Source: an uncultured Planctomycetia bacterium (lineage in GTDB: Bacteria; Omnitrophota; Gorgyraeia; Duberdicusellales; 4484-171). Taken from it: 64,000 bases of DNA. The notes below the pieces were generated by a model. It was not told where the DNA came from. It searched no databases and worked only from the letters and a program-made list of their open reading frames with translations. The DNA lies in contig CAZAYU010000002.1 in assembly GCA_964489445.1 (NCBI GenBank), forward strand, positions 77,020-141,019. The letters are read 5' to 3'. Made by a program: the position numbers and the translations under genes. Below are positions 1 to 12,000 of the stretch, one piece after another. Position 1 is the first letter of the stretch. Every line of letters begins with the position of its first letter.

Positions 1-88
1 TAAAGATATAGAAAATGCTTTCACAGAGGATAATTCTTTAAAAAGAGTAAGTGTTATTCTCTCGACTCGGAAAAAACCAAGTAGTATT

Positions 89-3000
89 TTGTCACGGGTT
101 AACGGAAAAGAGGAAGAACATTTGCCTAGCTGGCAGGATAGGTTTTCTGCTCTCAAAGGGTTCTTGGAAAAAGAAGGTATCTCTCAGGATATTTGCATTG
201 CAGTTTCTTATGCTGTCTGTTCCAAGATTGTGGATTCTCGAAAATTAAAATATCGATTACGTTTTTTTCAAAAGTACGGATTCTTAACAGAAAAAGAATG
301 CCGTCTTTTGATTAAAAGAAAATACATTGATTGGGAAAGATTTTCTCAAAGGATAGCGGAAGAGTATAGAGTATTGATAAACTCTTCACAGAAGTTTACG
401 GAGAAACAAGTTAAACTTATTTTAAAAAGAGGGTTTTCTGAGCAAGCAGCATGTGATTTAAAAAATAAATATCGAAAGTATGGAATTACAAAGAGTGAGC
501 TTGTTCAGTCAATGTGTAATCAGGATCCGGAAAAATACTTAGGTAAATTAATCATGCCTCGCGCTAGAGCAGATGGGAATAGAATGATATTTCGAAGGCA
601 TCTGGAAGATGAAATAGGAGTATTTTTCCTTCCAGCGGAAAGAAACGAAATAATAGACGGATTATTAGAATTTATTACTGGGAGGAAATGGGAGCACAAT
701 GAAGTTTTCGTTCGTAAATTAAATAAATTAACCCAATGTAACACTATAACCTTAAAGCAGAAAAATATGCTACTGAATATTGGAAGATATGCTTCCGAAG
801 CGTTTACCAATCAATTTAAACCTAAAGATGTTGCTCAACGGATAAAACAAAATATGATTTTGTATTTGGATCCATCATTGCAGAATGGACTGGTTACTCC
901 CCGGCAAGCTTTATTTTTAGTAGTTAGGGGGTATTTATATCCGGAATTTAAAAGCATTATGAATGAATACTGCTTGACTAAAACTGAGTTGTTGGAGGTT
1001 ATTCATGGGTATAGCAATCCGGGAGAAATTTTGGAAAAACTAAGGCCACAAAGGATTAATTATTTGCATCGAAAAACAAAATTGCCTGAATATTTCATAA
1101 AAATAATATTGATTAAACGGGGCAGCAAGATTACAGATGGATATTTAGAGGATTTGCTTAAAGAAGCAAAATACCTAATTAAAACATACGCAATACCTGT
1201 ATACATTGCTTTGAATTGGTATATCCGAGGCAATAATGCACAAAGCTTTAAGCAAAGGGTAGTCGGTTTAAGCCGACAGGAAGGGCTTCCGATTAGGTTG
1301 ACTTATCACTTATTTTTTCAAAGGGAGCTAACACAGAAAGATATCAATCGAAATATTATTATGCTATCTGAATCCTGTGGGAGAATTCTTCAGGAGAAAA
1401 AGGTGGCATATCAAAAGATGCAGGAGTCGTTATCTGCTTTAGAAAAAGATATTTATCGGGATGTAAGTTTTGTTCAGGCCGTGATTATCCGAAAAAAAAT
1501 CGAACAATTAGTAAAAGCACGTCCGAATAATGAAATATTAAATGGCTTAAAAAAAGAATTTGGGGTTAAGTATCATATACTACAGGAATTAGTAGATTTA
1601 ATTTTTAATCAACTTAAAAATGATAATTTAAGTGAGGCGATTTATTCTGGGGCAAGAAATAAAGGAGTGTCTCTGGCGGTGTATAGAATAGTAGAAGCAA
1701 GAAAGGAAATAAAAAAAATTGCCAAGACTGCTAGCAAAGAAATAACTGATTTTCAAAATAATAATTTAATGTATTTATACCAAAAACGTAAAAAAGCCAG
1801 TGTGAGAGAAAATTCAGAATTGAAAAAATGTTTGTCTGAAAAGATTGTTCAAAGAATATCTGGGAAGCTTGGAGGAGTTTTAGAAGAAAGTGTAATTATA
1901 GAATTAGGAGAAAAGATTATTTCCGGATTTTTTAATACTAAAAATGGAAAAGTAAAAAATAAATTAGAGCGTTTTAGAGAAAATGGATCATTGACTTTGC
2001 AACAATGTGCGCTTGTTGAGTCACACAGGTGGCAGGTGTTTAGTCGGGAAAACTGGCTTGACCGATTATCGGATAATTTAGTATTTGATGTCTCTAGGCT
2101 TAAAAGAGAGTTTGATTTTTCTGATAGTTTGGTAATAAATATTATTCTTAAAGGATATTATTACTCTTGGATTTGCGAGTTATATAGGCAATACCCTCAT
2201 CTTAAAAAATCCTTTTTAGACAGAATGTTTCGTGCTGAATTTCCGGAAAAATATCTTTTATGTCATTGTGGGCCATTGGATAGAGAGGTTAAAGCTGCTC
2301 AAGTTTTTATGAAAGAGCTGACCAAAAGTACTGATTTTTCTCTACCGAAGCAGGTTGAGGAGCTGTTAAGTCAGGATTATACATATCGGCAGTTAGTAGT
2401 TTTGGTATTGAATGCCAGGGTTAACCATTCAGAGTCAAATATTAGTTTAGGTAAGCAAGCGGCTCGTTATTTTGTTCAAGCGCATCTTTCAATTGCTGAA
2501 GAAATTGCTAAGGAATATCGTTATCGGTATTGTAGCAGGCAATGTATTCAAGAGGGAACAACGGCTTTATACGAAGCCTTAAAAAGTTATACTCCGGATT
2601 ATCAAAGCGAAAACGGATTTCCGGAACATGCGCGTAAGTTTATAAAACAGCGATATGAACAAATATTAAAAATGACAAGGAAGGATTATCAAAACCAAAA
2701 TTACCATTCTGTGAGTATTGATGCGCCGGCATATGGTGATTCTAGCCGAATTACAAAGCAGGAGATATTGGGTGTTAATGACATAGCCTCTGGTTTTGGA
2801 AATAATCTTCATCAGCTTAATCCGGAAGATAACATTATTTTTTCTGAAAAAGCTCAAAATGGATCAATAAAGCAAAAAGAAGAAAGGGAAGACCTAAGGA
2901 AAAATATTTTTTCAGATGTTGCAAGAAAACTTTATCAGCAAAAAAATATTTCTTCTGCTTGGTTAGAAATTTTATTAAGTGAAATTAATCAATATTCCGG

Positions 3001-6000
3001 AGATTCGGAAGATCTTTCTCAGCAATTTAATGTCGACGTTGAGGAGGTCGAGAAATGCCTTAAAATTGGGTTAGCAAAAATAGGTGAGCATATTATTGCT
3101 CATCCAGAGTTGATTGCACATTTTTCTATTTCTGCTGTTTCAGAAGTTAAACAGAAAAAAGGAACTTTGCAGTATGAGGAAAAAAAGGGTTCTAGTTCAG
3201 CATTAAAGGTAGTTGAACATTTATGTTGCAATGAAGAATTTATTGAAATTACTAACTGTGCTTCTTATCGTCATTTACGTTCTCCGCCTAAAAAGATAGT
3301 TATCCCTGAATGCAGCTACAGTCTCGCCAGATTTTTTCGCTTGTCTTTTGGCAGGGCAAGCTCGCCAGTAAATCAAGACAAAAATATTGCTTTCAAATAT
3401 AATCAAAATAATCCGGAGTCTATCATCGCTGAAACTTTCCTTGCTCGAATGTACGGAAACATAAATCCTGATAGAAAGGCTAAGATACTCTGGCAGCTAT
3501 TATTAGGAGCGGGGATAATTCCTTTTTGGCAGACAGCAAAGATAATATCAAAAACTATTATTTTTATGGTTTGGGCTACTTTTTGTTTCAAGTGGAACCA
3601 AAAATACAGAGAGCAGTTTTTTAAGACAGTCAAGGAAGACCTTAGTTGCCGCTATAGTAAGACTGCGTATATCGGCAATCAGACGACCGCGTGTAGAGTA
3701 GATTTTAAAGAAAGAATACAGAATAGAAAAATTGTGGAAGAGTTTACTCAATGCATAAGAAAAATATTCTCCTCCGTTATATTTATCTGGTGTTTTACAA
3801 CATTTTCTTGTTTGATGAAATTTGTTGATACGCTTGATGGACGTGCTGTAATAGTGTATTGTTTTGGTCTTCCAGAAATGGTGTTGTTTTTTGTTATATT
3901 GCCTGCGGCTGCATATTTATTCCTGATTAATGTGATCTATAATATCGACGTAATAGTTAGAGATTTAGAAAAATCTTTAGCTATAGAAACATCTATTATT
4001 TCGAGAAAATCTTCTTCTAATTGCGATAACAGTTCTAGCTCGTCGATTGAACGTAGATATACATCAAGTTTAAGAGAAATTAGCCATATTGGTGAAATTA
4101 TCAGGGAGTTAATCCGAAAAGATCCCTTTGCGGCTTTTTCATTTAATAATGAAAAACTTTGGATGCAAATTGTTCCGGATAAGAGTAATTGTCTGCGGTA
4201 TGTAATTTATCCTGAGGTTGGAGAGGTGCGTAGGCTATTTTTTCTAAGGGCGTTAAACAAACCGGTCGGTGATCCCTTTGTCGCTCCTTCTGGATCGTTA
4301 GGCCAAATTATTTTTTTCCTGAATAATTCTATTGAAATAGAAAAATTAGCCAGTGGTATGTTTTTGGAGGTGCAATCAAACATATGGCTGCGGCGGATGA
4401 ATCCAGAAATGCGTAATCTCCTTTTGCGCTGGATTATTTCGGCAGTTCAGCATATTATTTCAGCCGCGCATAAAGAGGGAATTTACGATTTTTACGCTTC
4501 GACTCCAAAATTTATAAAGAGTATATATTTAAGAGACGGCATAAGACTGGACCAAGGAAATTTAAAGAAACACTATCAACGGCCGTTTAGGCGACAATGG
4601 CAGAAAAAGGATATAGAAGTTTTAGATAAATATGTTAACTATACAGATAGTAATATTGTTCCACTTTGGTACTACAACAGAGAAAGTCGTTTATTAAAAA
4701 GCAGTAGCTCAATAAGTATTATTTCTGGCAAAGAACCGGAACCAATATCGGCAGTAAAGATAAATACTAACCCATTGACATCTAGCCAACAGGTATACCT
4801 AGAGAATGCTGCTAAAGGAAGAAAAATTCCTAGTTATTACTTAAATGTTATTTTTGAAAAATTCCGCAAATTAGAATTGATTAGTTCAGAAAGAGAATCT
4901 TGGGATAGATGCAGGCCTATTGTTCGGCTAGAAGCATTAAGAGTAGCCATGGCGAACCATTGGATAAAGCCGGGTAATATTAGCTTTTTAGAAGAAGTTA
5001 TCCGAAACCCGTTATCTCCGAAACAGCAAGATATTTTAGAGTTAATTTTAGATTTAGAACTTGATGTTCGGAATTTTTCACGAACGTACCAGATATTAGC
5101 TGATAAATTTAAAATAACTGTAAATTCTGTGGCGAATAACCATGTCAGACAGATATACAAAAAATTAAAAGTTAATTCTGGTTTAATTAAATCTGGATGG
5201 GGCCTAGTTGAGGCAGCAAAAATAGCAGCAGAAAGTGGATATATAAAATATGATGTTTCTAAATATGAAAGATTTGTGCAGAAATATTCTAAAATAGAAT
5301 TAACTGTTGGAGAGAAAAAATGTTTGATAAAGCAGATTTTTGGTATCGATAGTGAATATGTAAGGTCGCGTGACGCAAAGTTGATGAATGCAATGAGTAG
5401 CTGTAACCGGAGAATACGCAACAAATTGGGCATTCGCAAGAAATGGAATCGAGGCGATAGCATGATGCCGGTAGCAGATTATGTTTTACGGCAAGATATG
5501 ATTTCTACTGAAGACATAGTTACAGTTGCCGTGAGCTTGCCGTACATTACCAAAATATTTAGTGTAGATTTCCTGAAAGTTTATTTTTCTAGAAAACATT
5601 CTGCCAGAGATATAAAGGAAGCTTTTAAAGTATTTTTACCCGGTAATGTCGAAAAAACGAAGAAAATTATTCTTTTTTATATTTGCAATGTAAAACAAAT
5701 TATATATCCACTAACGTCTGGATGTTTAGAAGCTTTAGAAGATGCCTTGAGAGTGAATTTACCGGCAACAGTAAAACAATTTGGGCCGACAGTGTTTTTT
5801 GGTTTATTCGGCGAGGGAGAAAAAGATCTCGGAGCATTGGTAAGAAAATTAATAAGTAAGCGCGTTCATGATTTTAATCCGGGAGATCTTTCTTGCAGGA
5901 AGGAAAAGCTTGCTAGAGTATCAATAAAAGAACCGGAAGAAGAACCAGAGGAAGAATTTAAAACCGCTAATTCCGCTAACGTTGAGGAAATCAAAATGTT

Positions 6001-9000
6001 AACTAAATTTTTTAGTCCAGAGGAATTTGACCCCAACCTTCTCTATAAGGTTGGCGAAAAAATATTAGGAAACGGTTTTCTTTTGCCTGTTTTGGAAGAG
6101 AAAATTGATTTTATAATGGGTTTGCTTTTAGATCGTAACCGAAGGCATGATTATGTTTATGCTTTTTTAATTTTAAAAAAGGCAATGGAGGACCATCCTC
6201 AAAGAACCGCAGAGTTGTTTATTCCGCATCTCTTTTCTAAACAGTTGCCAATTAATAATGACGGGCTACCGTTTATTGAAAAGTTATATAAAGAAAGAAA
6301 TGGCTGGTTTGATTATTTTATTCATAAGCTATGGCCATATTTATCACAACCGTTAAAAAATGATATAAGCCAATTACAGAATCACAAGTCTTTATCATCT
6401 ACGGGTGTTGATTATTGGGGCATGAGCAGCTCATCTATAAATTACAAAAATTATAACGATTATGTTTGCACAAACAAAGAAACTATTGTTGGTTCTTCAG
6501 CGATAAATAATCGGCCGGTTAAATCTTTTACCGAATTAAATAAAGAGGAAGTTTTTAAATTAGTACCTAAAGGGTCCCGGCGGCACACAAGGAATGTTAT
6601 TCGACTAGTTGGGCAAATAGGAAATGTAGTCGGTTTAGCTCAGAAAGAGTTATGTTGTCTAAAATATCTTGCTTGCGCACATGATATTGGCAAGGGAAAC
6701 AAAAATATTTCTCACCTTTTCTTATCTTCAGAAATTTGGGACAAAAATGCAAAAGAAAGAAGGCTAGCCAGAAAACATTCTCGGTATACAGTTGTTATAC
6801 TGGAAAAACATTTTGGCATTCAGCTTCCACATGGCGAACGGCAGATTATTTTTTGGCATAATCGTTTGAAGGCGATTAATTGGAAATGGGTATCTTCGCA
6901 GAATAAGTTATTTTGGTTGATTTTAATCATCGCTGATATTATTGATGGTAGCATTGATACTTCAAGAAAACATAAGGTTGGAAAAAATCTTAAATTTGAT
7001 CCGGCTATGACGCTAAAGCGAATAAGGATAGTGGTTGGTGATTTGCTATCTGCCGATGACAATGTTAAAAAAATATATAATGTAGTTGAACGTTTATGTT
7101 TCAATGAAGAATTTATCGAGACAGCCAACCGCGCTTCCTATCGTCATTTACGTTCTCCGCCTGAAGAAATAGCTATTCCCAAATGTGGTGATAGCGTTAG
7201 TAAATCTGTTTATTCGGGCTGGAAGAATGGAAAGGCTGTTTCTAGCTCTGCAGTGTTTAGAGGAGTAAATTATTCTGCCAGCAAGATAGATATTAAGGAA
7301 ATAAGTATACCTAATATCCGTAATCATCATTATCAAATAATACTTAAAAAAACTAATAATGGTAATTGGCCGGGAATATGCAAGGTTTGGGTTAATTCAA
7401 CCTCAGTAGGTGACCTTGAATATTGGGTGCGTGAAACTCTAGTAGTTCTTAGACGTTTTTATATTAAAAGGAAATATCGAGGGGAGGGTATAGGCCAAAC
7501 GGTTATGCATTTTATTGCTGATTTAGTGTGGGAGAAAAATATTCGTTTTAATACTAAGACATTACTGGGGATAAGCGCTGTTACTGATGCCGTTCTCGTG
7601 CGTACCTTCTGCAATGCTATTGAAAATATTGTTTACGGCTCATTAGACGATCCTAAATCGACAGACAAAGAAGATCTTTTATCTAAAGTAAATAGTGGAG
7701 GAGGATTAAATTTTAGAGGCGATCCGATTGGCTTAAGCGCTCTTTATCCTAAAGAAAAAGAATGGCCTATTTTTTTTGAAAGCGCATCTTCAGTTGTAAA
7801 TGCTGACTATTGTAGCTCTAGTTTGCCGGTTAGTATATCGGATGAATTAATCACAGAAATTAAAGTTTTACGCAGAAGGGATGAGCCAGGTTACTCTAAT
7901 TTTATGCAATTACTGGATAAGGCCAACAGTTATGATATTAAGGCTGCCATAGACAGGATTGAACCTTATTTAAGAAGTTATTTTATATTGTTATTATCTA
8001 AAAAAGATCCTGAAAAATTAATTTTAAAATCAATTTCTCCCATGGATATTCTCCCTCTTGAAAAGATTGCTGATATTTTATCGATAGATTCTAGCGCCTT
8101 CATGATAGCCCAGTCGGCAGATGAATACAAAAATAGTATTTCTTTATATATCCCGGGTGAAACTAAATTGGTTAAGATATTTATCAGGTCGCTTAGTATG
8201 TTGCCGATTACAATATCTCGGTTTGCAGACAATAGGGAGCCGCTACCGCCATATATTAATGAATTTTTAGGCCGGAAAGGCGTCAAGAGCTGCATAATAC
8301 ATGACGGCTATCGCACAAGAGTACAACTGTTTTATGGATTGACTTGGAGATTTTCTATAGATTATTTTGAACTTGATTCTTCTCTTTGGGGCAAAGGTAT
8401 CGGCGATATTTTGTATGTGAATCTTGAACGCTACGCAAAGGAATGCGGGTTTACTGTTATATCGGTTGAAGGAGGATGTCCGGTAGAGCCGAAAAGTGAG
8501 GTGTTTTTTGCTAGGCAGGGATTCTCAGAATCTTTTGCGATTAGAGATGAAGGCGGAAGAGAAAGCAATCCCCAAATGACATTTATTGTGTTTAAAAAAA
8601 TAATTTCTAGCGCATTTGCAGATAACTCTAGCTCTCCAATGGATAAAGAAGATTATAAGGATTTTGGTCAAAAACAAGGATCAAAAGAACAAGCCGCTAA
8701 TGAAAAAGAAGAAATTGAAAATGCTTTGAGAAAAACAAGAGTCAGGAATGAAGCTGCAAAGATTTTTGGTATCTCTCCTGCTCAATTTTACCGGAAAATT
8801 AAAAAACATGGCATTGATCTAAACACATTTTCGAAAAAAAAGGGACGGCTTTCTGATATTACAAAAGAAAAAATGGAGGAATTGATTATCAGACACAAAG
8901 GTTCTGTTGCCGCTATAGCTTATGAATTGAAGGTGTCTGGCACAGCGGTTTCTCTCTTATTAAAAAAATATGGACAAGCAGATTGGGCCAAGGAACAAAG

Positions 9001-12000
9001 AAAAAAATATGGCAAAATAATAAATAAAAAACGTTTTCAAATGATGATGTCTTCCTGGAAAAAGAATAGAAAAACTGCGGTAAGAGAAGTAACCAGAATT
9101 TGCTTTGGTGAAGAGAATATCAACGCGGATGATGAAATATTTTTTTGGGAAAAAGAAAATCGGATAAAAGTGACAAAAATATTGGATGCTGTAGTAAAGG
9201 ATATTATCGGAGAAGGGTTTCATGTGATACCCGAAATCAGGAGGAACAAATTTATTTTGGCTTGTGGCTTAAGAGAGTTATTGGTAAGCGCTAAAGCGGC
9301 TTCTTCCCGGGAACTATTAAAGGAAGCTGGATTGATTCCGGCTGGAAACTGTTTAGATGGCTTAGAAGTAAGTAGCTCTGCGTTGTTTAATTTTGGTTGG
9401 AGGTTGGCTTTACCGGTAAGTAGAGCGATTAATCATTATTCGCTTAAATGCTTTAGAGTAAAGCAGCCAAAAAGCAATTTAATAGTTATTGATGTGAAGA
9501 TAGGAAAGGAAAAAAAAGGATGCATAAAGTCATTAAGTAGCAAGCGTTTGATTTTGTCTGCCGGAGAAAGTTTGCCATTTAAGTCCTGTGAAATAATAGA
9601 TGTTAAAAGTATTGAATTTATCGAAAAAGATAGCCGGAAAAAATCCAGCTCTTCACTTAAAACAATAGGATTTGGTTCATCTGATTTATCGTTTGACAGG
9701 TGTCACAAAGAAGCACAAAGATTAATTAAGACTTTGCAATATAAAGGCATACCCTGGACAGATGCTTATATGCGGGTATTGCCGGAGGTAGAAAAGGTTA
9801 CGAAAAAATATCCGGATAAATGGTTTATATCAGCAATTAATTTGGGTATAGCAATTACAAAAGAAGGTCTTCTTCCTTGCCCAATATTATATTACGGTGT
9901 GGGGCTAGCAGTTATAAGCTCTAATGCAAGCTTTGACCAGTATAAACAAAATCTTAATTGTCTAAAATATTGGGCGGAAGAAATAAGCCGAATTGTTTGG
10001 AAAAATGTAAATGAGGAAGGTGAGAAATATAATTTTAGACAGATAAGCACAACAAAGAGTAAAAATATAATTTGGAGAAATACTGCTTATAGGAAAATAG
10101 ATGATTCGCTAAAAAGTATTGAAGTCAATGGAATAACCAGTTCAAGGCGTTTACGAACTGCGTTGGATGAGTCTTCTGGCTATTCAATAAATTGGCCTTC
10201 CAGTTGTCTAGTTACGTTTTGTAGTGATCAATCCGAGTATAAAAATTACATAATACGTTTTTTATCTAGATGTTTGGGTAATGGGCATTCGAAGAATGTA
10301 AATGTAAAGGAAAGATTGGAAGAGAATGTTTCAAGTTCATCGGTAGAGATAGTATTTAATTCACCAGATTGGGAGGCCATTAGGAATACAGAGCTTTTTT
10401 CTGTAGTTGTGCCTATTTCCGGTCGTACCGATGATTACAATATATTTTATCAAAAGACATATGATTGGCTATTATATTTTTTCCGATTATCTTTGTTTAA
10501 AGAGCAAATCGCAGATTTATTGTCATATACTTTGGCGGAGATATTTCACGATGCAGTAAGAAAAAATTTAGATTTGCGTGCAGCGTATTCACTTTCCGGA
10601 TTTTTTGTTTTGGATAATAGTACAGAATGCGCACCGGTATATTTAAATGCGGAATTTATTCAAAAAGCAAATAGTCAGACTGATTATCAATGGTTGCTTT
10701 CAACTCAGAAAGAATATGCAAAACAAGGTCCGGATTATTTATTAAGTGAAAAGATTCAAAAAAACAGACAAGATATTGATGATGATTTTAGGTATGGATT
10801 AGCGCAATTCGCTAGATTAATTTATGAGTTGCCTTGTTGTCTAAAGTATGCGGTAAGCTCTATAGCGCCTTTTAAAACTACAGTAGAATTTACTGTCAAA
10901 ATTATGAATTTACCTGATTTTGTAGAAAAAGATGTTCCAATTTGTACATTGAAAAAAGAAAAATTGCAAAAAGCAAAAGTGTTACTTACGAGCGAATTAT
11001 CAAAATGGAAGAATCAGTTAGACCTAACTTTAGCGTTTAGCGGGCAAGAAAATCGTGAGCATATTTTTTTCCGTAAAGGTTTAATGCAGTTATCAATGAA
11101 AAATCTTATTAGTTTACGGACATTTGAAGAAATTAGAGAGGTATTATTAAGTGCGCATAAGATTATTTTTAAAATACATGAAAATATCATAACTTTACCA
11201 TCTTTATCAGGAAAAGAAAAACTTAAAATTTCTTCAGGACGATTAGCAAATATAAACTTTAACTGTGCATTTTTAAAGCAATGGCTTGGAGAACTTTTTA
11301 AGGAAATAGAGGTTATTGAAAATATTGGTCATCATTCAAACGGAAAAGCTAAAGTAAGAACACTTTTGCCTAAAAAAGTCAGTTCTTCAATTATGAAAGC
11401 AGAGAAAGAAGCTATTACCTCACTGGCGGTTATTTCTTGTTTGACTAGAGGAGAAGAAGAATTATCTTTGTTGGATACCTCCTTTTATTTCCCGCAGTAC
11501 CTGCGAAAAAAAACAAGCGAATTTGTCTATGGTTCAAATAATCCGGTTTCTTCTTCGGCGGTTAAAAGTAATGAATATTTATTTGGCCTCAAAATCATCA
11601 GCATGAAAATTATTTACTCAGAGAACCCGGAAAGTGTTTTAGAACAAATTCTACAGCTTAGCATGCGTTTTGCGGTTGAAGACGGAGAAATGCTGATGAC
11701 AAAAGAGTATATAAAAGATGAGATCGAAAATGATTCCAAAGATTTCAATTTAGCCTTTGTTGATGCCGCCGGAGTAATTATTGGATATCTTTTGACTCAA
11801 GAATCTCCGCGTCATCCCAATGCCTTGTGGTTTACTTTTATGGGAGTAGAGAAGGAACGCAGGAATAAAGGTTTTGCAAAGATGATGATGAAAATCGCCG
11901 CCTTGAAGGCTGTAGAATATAATATAGAAAGGATAAAATTAGGAGTAAGAAAAGAGAATAAAATAGCTATCGCTATGTATGAAAGATGCGGGTTTCAAAG

